Assembly (NCBI GenBank): GCA_000002435.2
Contig: CM018792.1
From: Giardia intestinalis
Taxonomy: Eukaryota
Reading direction: 5' to 3' (one strand)
DNA: 64,000 bases
Shown here in pieces: positions 19,579-30,114 of the stretch (its first letter is position 1; each line of letters starts with the position of its first letter). The notes beneath the pieces were generated by a model. That model was not told where the DNA came from. It saw only the letters and a program-made list of their open reading frames with translations, and did no database searches. A program made the translations under genes and the position numbers.

Positions 19579-21696
19579 ATGAGGCACAACGAGGTTTTCC
19601 TGACCCAGCTGGACAACGGCGTAGTCTCAAAAGTTCCCGGCAGTTTTTCCCGTTTTTGGCATGAACTGGTGGATGACTTTCCACCGTTTACTAAGATCGT
19701 AACGGCCAAAGAGTCCAGTTTTTCTTGTAGTGTAATTACCACAAGCCATCGCTTAATCATTACGCAGCTTCTCCAGCCAGGCTTGGCAGCTTCCATTGTT
19801 AATGAAGATAGCCAGGTTCAGTTACCGATTTGCGCGTCTATTCCCTTCTCCCACTTTAGCTCTATCCTTTCAACAGGCGTTAGTACCACTGGGGTGACTG
19901 TCACATTCAATTTTTATTATCCACTGCAGCTTAATCTATTCATCCCCGTCGGCCAGAATCCCCAGGCAATAGTTGATCAAACGGTTAAGCACTGGTGCAT
20001 ACAAGCCCGTGGAGTCTTTCTCCGTCCTATGTCTGTTCCTCTTATTAATGCAGCAAAGGATCTAAAAGGACTTGGACGGTGTGCAGACATACCAACATTT
20101 TGTGATAACCGCCCTACGTTTCTTCGCTCGACTGGCGATGATACACTCAGCACCGCCAATGATCGCTGGACACATTATAGTATATCACGTACAATATTGG
20201 CTATGCAAAAGGGCGGTGATGTATTGCGTGCTAAGTTAGTGCTGGGCCCAGATCAGAACCCTGAGACACTGAAGGAACCCCTCACTGTCCAGAGGTATCT
20301 GAACATTAAGGCACACTACAACGCTGTACTTGATTTAGGTAGTAGCCCTGTCTACGCTGAGGCTTCCATAGATAGCCTCCTAGGTGGTGAGGCAGGTGCT
20401 CTCAAGGAACTTCTTGAATATGAACCTGAAAATGGCCAAGATGGCACCGCAGAGTTTACACGAACTCAGCTCCACATTTGTATCAATAAGAACTACCAGG
20501 TCTGCGAAACATATCCATACCTTCTCTTTCTGCCGAATCAAGCCATCATTAGACCAAACACATTCGTCGATAATCGTTTTCTCTGCGTTGCCGGATTCAT
20601 TGATGGACTTCCCATATTCCGCTCCGGAAACCCTATTCTTGGGATTGGTGCTAATCCCATTGCGGATTTTCTGGACTTCTACATGCCTTCTACGTGCTAT
20701 AAGCGCGCCATTGTTTTTAGTCTAGGACCAACGACCTACTATGACATTCAGAAGCCAGTTAGCACCATGCCACCTAACTCAAATGGTACCTTCATAGATT
20801 ACGCTAATTACTTGCGTGTGTTGCAGACCAAGCTTCCGTTCCTTGAAGAACTGGCCATGGCATTTAATACTATGTGGTCTCTGAACTTGGTACAGCCGAC
20901 GCAATTTTTCTCTAGCGAGCTTCCAGCGAACTGGAATCTTCAGCAAAAGGGGGATACAGATCTCTATAGTGTAGCTGCAGATCTGTTCGACACATTTCAC
21001 ATCAAAACGATTAAGGAGGATAACGATTTCCAGTACACTGTTCGCGTGGAGGAATCTGGCTGGCTGGATTACATAATCTCATTTGTTGCTACAGCAAGGT
21101 TATTGGTTGAACTTCTTCGAGATGACAACAGTCAGAACATGATCATTTTGTCAGGAGACCTGGAGGTGTTCTGGGCTCCTGTAATACTGATCCTTTCTAC
21201 GATAATAGCGAAGAAGCAGTACAGGACTATCAGGGGTCTTTTAGAATTGATGCGTTACTATCTTCCATCTTTTGGCTTGCCACTTGCATCATGTATGAAT
21301 TTCGAGGGCTCTCAAATAGAGGCTAAGGCGCCAGTTCAGGAGCAACACTACAGGCTCATCACGCAACGTGCTGGTCACGTACCAGTTATCCCGCTGCTAA
21401 TAGATTGTATCTCTCTTTTAGTGCATTACTCACGGCCTGCGTTTGGCTTTGGAGAAGGCTTTTTAATGCATCTTTCGGCTATTATTTATTCCAATCTCTA
21501 CGGAGACTTTCTCTTTGATAGTGAAGCTGAGCGCTACTTCCTTGCCATTCCAGAGCTTACTGATTCTCTTTATTCACAGGAGGCCATAGAGCTTCTTTCT
21601 AAAAGGTTTGAAACACCGATTGTTGTCGATTCTCTTGAGCTGAGCTCTTGGCCAACGATCAGCAAGTTCTGGTCACTTGGGCTAGACTTTTCTTGA
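19579..21696 (+). CDS. Hypothetical protein (705 aa)
   Basis: A long ORF with a verified ATG at 19579. I recognise no family motif. It is divergent from the UBR-like gene across a 336-bp AT-rich spacer. Confidence 0.55.
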   Translation: MRHNEVFLTQLDNGVVSKVPGSFSRFWHELVDDFPPFTKIVTAKESSFSCSVITTSHRLIITQLLQPGLAASIVNEDSQVQLPICASIPFSHFSSILSTGVSTTGVTVTFNFYYPLQLNLFIPVGQNPQAIVDQTVKHWCIQARGVFLRPMSVPLINAAKDLKGLGRCADIPTFCDNRPTFLRSTGDDTLSTANDRWTHYSISRTILAMQKGGDVLRAKLVLGPDQNPETLKEPLTVQRYLNIKAHYNAVLDLGSSPVYAEASIDSLLGGEAGALKELLEYEPENGQDGTAEFTRTQLHICINKNYQVCETYPYLLFLPNQAIIRPNTFVDNRFLCVAGFIDGLPIFRSGNPILGIGANPIADFLDFYMPSTCYKRAIVFSLGPTTYYDIQKPVSTMPPNSNGTFIDYANYLRVLQTKLPFLEELAMAFNTMWSLNLVQPTQFFSSELPANWNLQQKGDTDLYSVAADLFDTFHIKTIKEDNDFQYTVRVEESGWLDYIISFVATARLLVELLRDDNSQNMIILSGDLEVFWAPVILILSTIIAKKQYRTIRGLLELMRYYLPSFGLPLASCMNFEGSQIEAKAPVQEQHYRLITQRAGHVPVIPLLIDCISLLVHYSRPAFGFGEGFLMHLSAIIYSNLYGDFLFDSEAERYFLAIPELTDSLYSQEAIELLSKRFETPIVVDSLELSSWPTISKFWSLGLDFS

Positions 21697-21803
21697 GTAG
21701 CCACCAGTCCACTTACGCTGCTGCTTGTGTGCTGCCCATATTCTGTAAATGCATGAACTGTTCAAAGAGCCGTTTGTTTACTCACTCGTGGCTACCGTTT
21801 AGG

Positions 21804-22529
21804 TCAAGGCGGGGTGAGGCAGTACTCTCCGCAGTCCGGATCAGTAAAGCACTGGGCACAGTTGGTTGGTGGCAAGGTTCCACAGTTCTCACAGTCGACA
21901 TCTCCGCACTTGAAGACGAACTGCACTCCAGTCGCATCGGGGCATGTGAGGTCAGGGTTGCAGTTGAGATAGAGCTCCATAAGGTAGGGGAGCGTCATAA
22001 GGCCAACAGGGACCGTGCCTGACAGCTGATTGCAGTCTAGGTGGAGCTCCTTGAGAAATTGAAGCTCATTGATGCAGGTGGGGATGGAGCCTGTGAGAGC
22101 GTTGTCACTCATGTACCAGAACATTAGGTGAATGAGGTCGCACATGCACTCGGGAATATCGCCTGTCAGACCGGCACTATTGACCTGCAAGTACTGGAGG
22201 TTCGTCAATTGGCACAGACCCTCTGGGATGGCACCAGCCAATGAGTTGTTGCTCAAGTAAAGGGTCTTGAGGTAAGTAAGGCAGCCGATGTTCTCCGGGA
22301 TGGTACCTGTAAGGCCCATGTCCGAAAGATCCAGGGCGATAACGTAGTTATTCGAGGCCTCACACGTAACACCTGTCCAGGTGCAAATAGAGTCTCCCGA
22401 AAGCCAATTATTGGTCTTCCAATTTGCTCCGTCAGTGGCATCGTAGATTTCGACGAGCACCTCCCTCTGAGTAGCCGGGCAAGTGAGGGCAAGGGCAGAA
22501 CCTGCAAGAGCAAGGAGAGCGAGCATCAT
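21804..22529 (-). CDS. Secreted leucine-rich repeat protein (plant-specific-type LRRs, Cys-rich C-terminal cap)
   Basis: There is a signal peptide MMLALLALAGSALALT and an LRR N-cap (ATQREVLVEIYDATDGANW...CTWTGVTC). About five LxxLxLSxNxLxGxIP repeats follow (LTGTIPENIGCLTYLKTLYLSNNSLAGAIPEGL..., LTGSIPTCI..., LSGTVPVGL). The Cys-rich tail is CPDATG...CENCGTLPPTNCAQCFTDPDCGEYC. The ATG at 22527-22529 was verified. Confidence 0.75.
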   Translation of the reverse strand: MMLALLALAGSALALTCPATQREVLVEIYDATDGANWKTNNWLSGDSICTWTGVTCEASNNYVIALDLSDMGLTGTIPENIGCLTYLKTLYLSNNSLAGAIPEGLCQLTNLQYLQVNSAGLTGDIPECMCDLIHLMFWYMSDNALTGSIPTCINELQFLKELHLDCNQLSGTVPVGLMTLPYLMELYLNCNPDLTCPDATGVQFVFKCGDVDCENCGTLPPTNCAQCFTDPDCGEYCLTPP

Positions 22530-22566
22530 CCCTGATATTTTATTTCTGTGTTTCTTGATCTGAGAG

Positions 22567-22616
22567 TTGTAAACTGTAGATTGTATACTGTAAATTGTAG
22601 ACTGTAGACTGTTAGC
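22567..22616. repeat. Seven imperfect tandem copies of a 7-nt unit TGTA[AG]A[CT] (tgtaaac tgtagat tgtatac tgtaaat tgtagac tgtagac tgttagc)
   Basis: Read directly in the 148-bp spacer between the LRR gene 5' end and the NEK gene 3' end. Confidence 0.7.
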
Positions 22617-22677
22617 CAGAAAAAATGCAGACAGCCCATGCGTGGCTAGAACAAGAGAATGATTTAGTAAGCCGTTG

Positions 22678-25014
22678 TCATGAAGCGTATTTCATGACAA
22701 AGTCCAATGCCTCTGGAGACCCGAGGTCCTTCGCCACATCGACCCATGTCCTTGAATCGCCAGAAGAGAGAACTACTGTCTTTTGACATTCTACTGGGGA
22801 ATTAGTGAGTATATACTCTGCTGTCGAGTATGCCTTTTGCTCAATTGCCAGCAGAAGAGCGGTATACCCTGCTCCTTTAGAGTGTAAATTGTTTGTTTGG
22901 AGACCCTCTTCTAACGGCAAAAGCAAGCGAACACAGTCAAGAGAATTAGAATGTGCCGCGCACATAAGGGCGGTAGTTCCATCAGCCTTCTGCAGCTTCG
23001 CTTCTCCCGGTGCTAAGAGCTTGCAGATATCTGCATAGCCTTTGTGTGCAGCGCACATCAAGGCGGTCTGGCCCTCAGTCGTCTGCATCTTTATTTCTGC
23101 TGGCTGAAGGCTTCTAACTATATCTAGAAAGCCTTTATTAGCAGCCACCATAAGAGAAGTTTCACCGGTGTCGTCAGCAATCCCAGCCTCGAAAGATACG
23201 AGACTCTCCACAATGTCTGGATAACCAAAGTTGGAAGCTATCTTAAGAGCGGTCCATCCATCCTCGTCAGCAAGCCCGTGCTCGAAATGTATGAGGACAT
23301 CAACAACGTTCTTTCTTTGTGCTTGAGCAGCAATCATAAGCGCAGTTTGGCCATCACGACGAACACACTTTGCTTCATACGGTGCCAACGCTGTAACGGC
23401 AGAAATAAAGCCTCGCCTGGCTACCTGCATCAATGCAGTTTCTCCTTCGAAGATTCTAGGGGCCTTCAGAGCCATCGTCGCTTCCTTTGGAGCAAGCAAG
23501 CGAACAATATCTAACATCTCTTGTTCAGCGGCTACCATAAGGGCTGTGCGGCCGTCCAGTGTTGCACGTCCAGCATGCGTGGGGATGAGCTGCATAATCT
23601 TTTCTATATCCTTGCGTTCTACGGCCAATATCAAGGAGTTGGCCTTGTCTGGGTTGAGTTCGGAGATTGATAGTGTGTTATCGTCGTAGGGGTTCGCTTT
23701 AGAGAGAGCAGACGCGCCTTTATTAGCAGAGCCTGGGGCCTTTGGTGGTGTAGTGCCTTGTATTCCAGTATCTGGGAGAGTTAGCTTTAATGGATTGCTA
23801 GGGGCCATGGGGACGAGTAGGTGATTGTCATCCGGTACTTGTGCCTCTTCAACGTTGTCTGTTCTATCTCGGAGCTTATAAGCTGTTGGGCCATTACTTT
23901 TCGGCTCGCAGTTCGCCGCCAAGAGAGAGGATGGAGTGGCAAGATCCATAATATCCATTAGAACATCTGGAGACATACGGGCCTCGGGCGTATCGCAAAG
24001 GCGTTCTATCGTTTTCATTCTAGAAATGAAAGGGTTGGAGGACGGAGATGGCATAGAGAGAAAGGTCTCTGGAGGGGTTTTATTCATCATGTAGAGCATG
24101 TCTACGACTTGGCGCATCTCAAACAAATCACTCAGAAGAGGCCTGTTAGTCGGGTTGACGTTCAGCATGTAATAGATTGTGCAGCGAAGTATATCTGTAT
24201 AGTCCTGAGGTATTGGACGGCGCTCTGCTGCCACACTCTGCAGGAGCCCGGCAACATCCTTCTTATCCATGTGGGATGGTGCTATGAACAGCGGCTTGAA
24301 GGTACAAAGTTCGTAGAGTAATGCCCCCAAAGACCAGATATCCGATGCTGCGGTATACTCGCCAGTTAGAAACCACTCTGGAGCAGTGTAAATGGCTTGC
24401 TGCGCGTTTTCTTTAATATCTTCTGCAGGGCCATAATGAAACAGTATATAATCGTGGGCAGAAATAGGCTCAACAGACGGCTGACAGATAAATTTGTTGG
24501 GACTGAAGACGGAAAGAAGGTAGTTCCCATCTCTAGTCACAGAGATTGAGGATGGACGAATGTCCATATGAACAGGCGGGCTATCGTTCTTAAGGCGCTG
24601 ATTTTCAACTGGATCATGTATTGACGCCAGTGCATAAAGGAGCTGCGCAAAGATGTACCATATTTTGGCCTCAGATATATGCTCTCCTTGCGCTCGTGCG
24701 CTTGATATGAGATTGAGCAGCGTCTCAGTACTCGGTCTATCGGTAATGACGTATGATGAGGAAGACCCATTGTGACGTTGAACCGAAAAGCACTTAGTAA
24801 TGTATGGATTGGTAACAAATGGAAGATGTCGTATTGAGAGCTCCATGTCGACAAGCTCCATTGTCTTAAGCTTATCGCGCTTGATGCGATATATGTAGAC
24901 GGGGTGGCTATCATGAGCGCGCACGGCCTCATATACGTCAAGTGCATGATATTCTCTCATAAGTCTTCCTAGCAAGTAGCCATGCGGCGTGTACTTCGTG
25001 CATTCTGTGTCCAT
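22678..25014 (-). CDS. NEK-family kinase-like protein with C-terminal ankyrin repeats (probable pseudokinase)
   Basis: The N-terminal region has a protein-kinase fold. The catalytic loop HMDIRPSS replaces HRDLKPxN, there is no recognisable DFG, and the APE-like segment is YTAPEW. The C-terminal half has at least 8 ankyrin repeats (GxTALMxAAxxG...). The kinase+ANK architecture is typical of the expanded Giardia NEK family. The ATG at 25012-25014 was verified. Confidence 0.7.
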   Translation of the reverse strand: MDTECTKYTPHGYLLGRLMREYHALDVYEAVRAHDSHPVYIYRIKRDKLKTMELVDMELSIRHLPFVTNPYITKCFSVQRHNGSSSSYVITDRPSTETLLNLISSARAQGEHISEAKIWYIFAQLLYALASIHDPVENQRLKNDSPPVHMDIRPSSISVTRDGNYLLSVFSPNKFICQPSVEPISAHDYILFHYGPAEDIKENAQQAIYTAPEWFLTGEYTAASDIWSLGALLYELCTFKPLFIAPSHMDKKDVAGLLQSVAAERRPIPQDYTDILRCTIYYMLNVNPTNRPLLSDLFEMRQVVDMLYMMNKTPPETFLSMPSPSSNPFISRMKTIERLCDTPEARMSPDVLMDIMDLATPSSLLAANCEPKSNGPTAYKLRDRTDNVEEAQVPDDNHLLVPMAPSNPLKLTLPDTGIQGTTPPKAPGSANKGASALSKANPYDDNTLSISELNPDKANSLILAVERKDIEKIMQLIPTHAGRATLDGRTALMVAAEQEMLDIVRLLAPKEATMALKAPRIFEGETALMQVARRGFISAVTALAPYEAKCVRRDGQTALMIAAQAQRKNVVDVLIHFEHGLADEDGWTALKIASNFGYPDIVESLVSFEAGIADDTGETSLMVAANKGFLDIVRSLQPAEIKMQTTEGQTALMCAAHKGYADICKLLAPGEAKLQKADGTTALMCAAHSNSLDCVRLLLPLEEGLQTNNLHSKGAGYTALLLAIEQKAYSTAEYILTNSPVECQKTVVLSSGDSRTWVDVAKDLGSPEALDFVMKYAS

Positions 25015-25213
25015 TTTGTTTCTTTTCAGTTTTTCCCAGACGTTTCCCTTTATGATCGGCTCATCTAGTGAAGGTTTAACGATTAAATGACTCCCAGCAC
25101 ATGCTCATATACCAGCTCACTACCCTGCCTCAACTGCATCCGTTGCGTATTAGGTTTCCATCAGTAAGGCAAAAATTTATCTATAAAATTCCAGTCTCAT
25201 TCCTGGAACATCA

Positions 25214-28200
25214 ATGCTTGATGCAGGGTCTGTAGACAGCTCAGTCATCCACAGCACCACCGGATTTAGTTTTAGTTCGACTGGGTCTCTTACGTACACT
25301 CCAAACGGAAATATCATATCTGTGTCACCTTTTGGACTTATCCGGCACACTTTGACAGCGACTGGGGCAAAGATTGACAAAATTTGTCATCTCGGAGAAT
25401 ACGACCAAGTGGTGACGGCCATTCGCGCCCATCCACGGGAAAGCATTGTGGCAGCGGCGGTTTACGGATCCACACAGGGCTCTATTGCGATAGTCAACAC
25501 AGATACCATGGCGCACACTTATGACATCCCGTGGCCTTCTATTTTTGGCGAGCCGTCGGGACTCTGCTTCTCCCATGATGCAAGCTTCTTGGCAGTCACC
25601 ACTAGATTCCCGGGAGCTGTGTATTTTATAATGATGGAGATGGACGCACACGTTATTGTTGCTTCCGTTGAAGGATTTCTCCCAGACGGAGTGCCCTTTG
25701 CGCCCCAATACTTTCTTGCAGATCCGACAAGCCTCCTATCTGACGAACCTTCGTTCATTGTGGAGGCAGGAATGGCATGCATTCATTTATCCCTGCGGAA
25801 GAAATTCAACTATGATAAGGGGGATCTCTCGCGGCTGTCCTCCAGCTATACATGCACTGCCCAATATGTCCTGAACATGACTGGAGCAACGTCTGTCGAC
25901 TTTGCGCCTTTCTACACTAATAATTATCTTGTTGGAGGATTCCCAGACTCTTCTATTGCCCTCTGCGCCCTGCTAAGGCATCCAGACATACCCCACCGCA
26001 GTACTCTGACCAATAATACGTTCACTAAATATCTCCCAACTACTGTGTCCGGTGTAACCGCACGCTCGGGGCAAACATTTGAGAATATGACTCTTGTCGA
26101 GTGTCTTGCGGCAGATACTTATGTTACATTTAAAGAAATAAATAGGCGAATCAACATTCCACTCATACTTCCTAAGAACGTTCCCACTCCCCGGTTTGGG
26201 GTGAGCTCTATACGGGGAATCGTAGGGGGAACTATCTATGTGCTCATGAAGTCAGGAATGTTCTGCTCATTCTATATATCCAGCACCGAGAAGAGAAGTG
26301 CTGAGCTGGATGATCTAAGTAGCGAGGAAAGCGATACGGAGGGTCAGGGGCCTGATGATGTTAAGAGCACAGCCAAGAAACGTGATGTTCGCTTTGATGC
26401 CATGGACAGGCCGGTAGAAGTCAAGAAGCCGCCACAGCTAGAAGGACACACCATCGAACTGCAGACAGCCATGAAAACCGGCTATATGAGTGTAGCTCTT
26501 AACTTTTCTGCTTGTGTTCTCTTGAATGCGGACCTTGTCCTGTGTGACTCTGGAAAGAACGGCTCAGTGACTTCTATCTTTTCCAGGGCATCGTCAATAG
26601 TCGATGAGATAACATCTTGGAGTGAGACTAGGTCGAATATCACGCTTTGTTCCATGACTGTGGATCGTACGGATCTCACGACTATTGCATGTGTGGTGTA
26701 TGACCCCGCCACAGGGTCTGCCTACCCCGTCTATATGAATCTTCCCCAGGTTAATAATAGGACTGCCCTTCAGTGTGTCATGCGCCCAATATGTGCGCCT
26801 TTCATTTCTCTCTTTGGCTATGTTCACATTAACACTATTTCTGGAGCAGTCCCCTATCTCCGTCAAGTGTCTCAGACTTTTTCGTTTATGAGCAAACAAG
26901 CATCACTGATTGGTTCTGATACTCTCGCCTCCTCTACGCGATCTCAGCCATTGCTTGACCCACTGGATAGCACATCTACTGTAGATGATCCAGTTACTGG
27001 CTTTGAGACAGATAGCCTTGTCGCACTGTTCGGGCATTCTAGTCTGGCGCCATTCATTTCTAGTGCTGGCAGGCTATCCACCCGAATAACACTAGTCGAC
27101 TCTAGCTGTGCCTTCAGCACAAGGAGATTTGTTGTCGCTACAAGTGATGGCACTGTTAGACTTTATGAGTATGATGATCAGTGTATTTCGGTAGTTGCAG
27201 CAGTGAGAATTATAGATACCATTACCTCAATTTCTTGCCATCCCATGGGAAATATTGTTGCGGTAGCGTGCACAGACAGCGTACGTCTCTTAATTACTAA
27301 CTCAGACTCTTTGGTGCTAGAGTACGAGATTCCAATTAAGCTATCAACGTATGTGCGCTTTAATACATCAGGCGGGATCCTTTCTGTACTCAAAGGGAAC
27401 GTTGTGTCTTTGTATGACACCTGGACCAAGCACTGTATCGGGACTCTCGAGGGTCACAATGACATGATTGTGGACATATGCCGTCTACCAAACAAGCTCT
27501 ACAAGGATGTCTTCTTTGTGACAGCGGCGAAGGACGGCATGCTTTATCTTTGGAGCCAGGCTGGGGTACGCATATCTGAGATAATAGGCAGAATTCGCTT
27601 TACGTCTCTTTCTCCGTACACTGCACCTATACCTGAGTTTGGCAAATACCCCCCTGTTTTAACATGCGGAAATGGCTGCATTCATCTCTGCGACTTTAAT
27701 TCTAATTTGGTGTTATTTACAGGTTATTATGAAGAAGAAATAGACCAAAATGTGGTATGTCTGCGGCATATACTCTATGACGACTACAGAGACATAGTGT
27801 ATGCCTCAGACATCGATGGCCGTATTCATTCGCTTTTGTTTCCAGACAGCCTCAAGGACAAGTGTCTTCGCATAATAGAGAATAGCAAGACGGGGATGGT
27901 CGGGGTAGACTTGCAGCCAGAGCCGACACCCCTCCGTCAAGCAGAAATGAAACTCCCATATGTCCGATTTTCCACGTCTATGAGTATTGTGGAAACCAAT
28001 CTGCAGGCGACCTTTGGTGCAGGTCTCATGAGCACATACCGCTCGGGCATCACCTCAACGGATCGTCAGCTAACAGCATCCTCTACGACCAAGCGGAAGA
28101 CTCCCGTGTCTGTTCCAACGTCTTCAGAGACACAGAGGCAGATAGAACAGCCTTCTGATGCATCGGACATAGATCTGCCCGAGGTAGCTGGGCCACAGAA

Positions 28201-29977
28201 GCATCTCATTGGAAAGATATCTCGATCTTTTGAAGAAATACAAAAGACAAAGTCTCCCTTGGTTGTAAGGCTTGCTCTTTCTCCAGATCACAAATATCTT
28301 CTTGTCACTAGCACTAATCAAAATGGCTGTTTCACACTTGTCCTTCTTCCAGGCCCATACAAGCCATGCATCCACAGAAAGTTTAGGGAGCTTGCCAGCG
28401 ACATCGGTGTCTTCAAGAATGAGGAGGCTGGTTTCATTGACACAGATATTTTGGTTGACGAATCCTATCTGTATGTCTTGCGCAGAATTCTTCTTACACT
28501 ACTCGATCGCACAAAAGAGGCCGAGCTAGAGTTTGAGCACACAGTTCGGATAGTCATCCAACGGCATGAAAAGGCGGCAGAGGCCGAAAAGTCTCTAGCT
28601 GCTCAGGAACTGGAGAGCGCAAAGCAGCGAACAGACCTATTAGTGAACAACGCCGAGCGAGAGGCAGAGCAATATGAGGCAGAGCTGCATTCACTGGATC
28701 GAATGCACTCTGCAGCCCTAGAGAAATTGGAAGCACAGTATCGTATTAAGGTGCAAGCCAGTCATGAAAAGCATGAGAAACTCAAGCTGGATCTTGAAGC
28801 GTCCCAGACCTACTTAAATGATACGCTCGCTGAGCTCATGAAGCAGCGTGACAGTCGTATGGAATCAACTTTTACAGCATACAATAGGGAAGAGGAAATG
28901 ATCAAGAAGAAATTGTCTAAACTCGATTCTGATCGCGCACAGCTACGCAAGGAGTACCAGGAGCTGCTAAGACAGAGTGACGAAGATGCAGACGTCCAGC
29001 TGCAGGAACTTCAGTCTCGCTACAATGCCCAGCTAGAAGAGCTCCAAACACGCACTAACAGCATTGCCGCAGAAACAGGAATGATAAAGAATAAGTTCCA
29101 GACAATTGAAAAATCAATCCTAACCTATCAAGGAAGCGTTGCTACGTGCGAGAATACCCTTCACAACTTACAACAAACAAGTAACAGCCTCAAGGCAGAA
29201 ATACAACTTGCTCGGGCGGAGGCAGAGGCTCGAAATGAGGCCATCGTGTCCCGGGAGCGGCTTATCTACTCCTTAAAGAAGGAGGCTAAAGATCTTGAAA
29301 AGCATCGCTTTGTCTTAGACTTCAAAATTAAGGAGCTACGTAAGTGCATAGAGCCACGAGAGACAGAGATAAGCGACCTCAAAGAGCAGATAAGGGAGCT
29401 GAGCAACGAGCTGGAGAATTTCCACAAGGCTGCTGCTATATTGGAGAATGTTATCCAGGGACATAAGGATGAAAGCGCCGAGCTGAAGAATAACCTTCTT
29501 CGTCTCAAGTCGGATAACCAACTTCTTCGCAATAAGCTTATGCATTTGGAGCATGATGTACATGACTTGGCTGACGTGCACGGTAGCATACCACTTGCCA
29601 CTCTCAAGGAGAAGTGTCGGACGCTGTTCGATCAGTATGGTGGCTTCAACATCATAGATGCAGACGCAGCTTCGGCCGCCAACGAGAAGGAGCGTCACCA
29701 ACAGTACCTTGTCAAGGCAATCAATATGCTCACCCGTGAACTCCAGAATTCCAAGGATGCAACAGTGACGGAGAACGCTAGGATAGTGGAAGAGAATGCA
29801 GAGCTGCTCAAAGAGGCTGCCGTGTTGCGGCGAGAGATACAGAAGATTTTGCACGGTCCCATCACCCAACAAAACACGGAGAACAGCAAGGTTTTTGCTG
29901 CACGCCTCACTGCTCAGGAAGCAGAGATCAAGCGGCTCAAGAAGCGCATCGTTGAGCTTCAGAACGCCGATGATTAA
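25214..29977 (+). CDS. WD-repeat + long coiled-coil protein, CFAP57/WDR65-like (cilia/flagella associated)
   Basis: The N-terminal roughly 900 aa have WD-repeat-like content. The C-terminal roughly 550 aa are continuous heptad-repeat coiled coil. The segment HRFVLDFKIKELRKCIEPRETEISDLKEQIRELSNELENFHK closely resembles the conserved [21 protein letters not shown] block that I recall in CFAP57. The ATG at 25214 was verified. Confidence 0.45.
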   Translation: MLDAGSVDSSVIHSTTGFSFSSTGSLTYTPNGNIISVSPFGLIRHTLTATGAKIDKICHLGEYDQVVTAIRAHPRESIVAAAVYGSTQGSIAIVNTDTMAHTYDIPWPSIFGEPSGLCFSHDASFLAVTTRFPGAVYFIMMEMDAHVIVASVEGFLPDGVPFAPQYFLADPTSLLSDEPSFIVEAGMACIHLSLRKKFNYDKGDLSRLSSSYTCTAQYVLNMTGATSVDFAPFYTNNYLVGGFPDSSIALCALLRHPDIPHRSTLTNNTFTKYLPTTVSGVTARSGQTFENMTLVECLAADTYVTFKEINRRINIPLILPKNVPTPRFGVSSIRGIVGGTIYVLMKSGMFCSFYISSTEKRSAELDDLSSEESDTEGQGPDDVKSTAKKRDVRFDAMDRPVEVKKPPQLEGHTIELQTAMKTGYMSVALNFSACVLLNADLVLCDSGKNGSVTSIFSRASSIVDEITSWSETRSNITLCSMTVDRTDLTTIACVVYDPATGSAYPVYMNLPQVNNRTALQCVMRPICAPFISLFGYVHINTISGAVPYLRQVSQTFSFMSKQASLIGSDTLASSTRSQPLLDPLDSTSTVDDPVTGFETDSLVALFGHSSLAPFISSAGRLSTRITLVDSSCAFSTRRFVVATSDGTVRLYEYDDQCISVVAAVRIIDTITSISCHPMGNIVAVACTDSVRLLITNSDSLVLEYEIPIKLSTYVRFNTSGGILSVLKGNVVSLYDTWTKHCIGTLEGHNDMIVDICRLPNKLYKDVFFVTAAKDGMLYLWSQAGVRISEIIGRIRFTSLSPYTAPIPEFGKYPPVLTCGNGCIHLCDFNSNLVLFTGYYEEEIDQNVVCLRHILYDDYRDIVYASDIDGRIHSLLFPDSLKDKCLRIIENSKTGMVGVDLQPEPTPLRQAEMKLPYVRFSTSMSIVETNLQATFGAGLMSTYRSGITSTDRQLTASSTTKRKTPVSVPTSSETQRQIEQPSDASDIDLPEVAGPQKHLIGKISRSFEEIQKTKSPLVVRLALSPDHKYLLVTSTNQNGCFTLVLLPGPYKPCIHRKFRELASDIGVFKNEEAGFIDTDILVDESYLYVLRRILLTLLDRTKEAELEFEHTVRIVIQRHEKAAEAEKSLAAQELESAKQRTDLLVNNAEREAEQYEAELHSLDRMHSAALEKLEAQYRIKVQASHEKHEKLKLDLEASQTYLNDTLAELMKQRDSRMESTFTAYNREEEMIKKKLSKLDSDRAQLRKEYQELLRQSDEDADVQLQELQSRYNAQLEELQTRTNSIAAETGMIKNKFQTIEKSILTYQGSVATCENTLHNLQQTSNSLKAEIQLARAEAEARNEAIVSRERLIYSLKKEAKDLEKHRFVLDFKIKELRKCIEPRETEISDLKEQIRELSNELENFHKAAAILENVIQGHKDESAELKNNLLRLKSDNQLLRNKLMHLEHDVHDLADVHGSIPLATLKEKCRTLFDQYGGFNIIDADAASAANEKERHQQYLVKAINMLTRELQNSKDATVTENARIVEENAELLKEAAVLRREIQKILHGPITQQNTENSKVFAARLTAQEAEIKRLKKRIVELQNADD

Positions 29978-30114
29978 AAATTTATTCAGCTTACAATCTG
30001 CAATCTGTATTTTTATGATGTTATGAACTATATCTCTGTTACAAATTGCTTTAGTGTAAATACCTTATGATGTTTATTTTAAGTTTCAAAATTTAATTTC
30101 TAAATCACAAGCCG

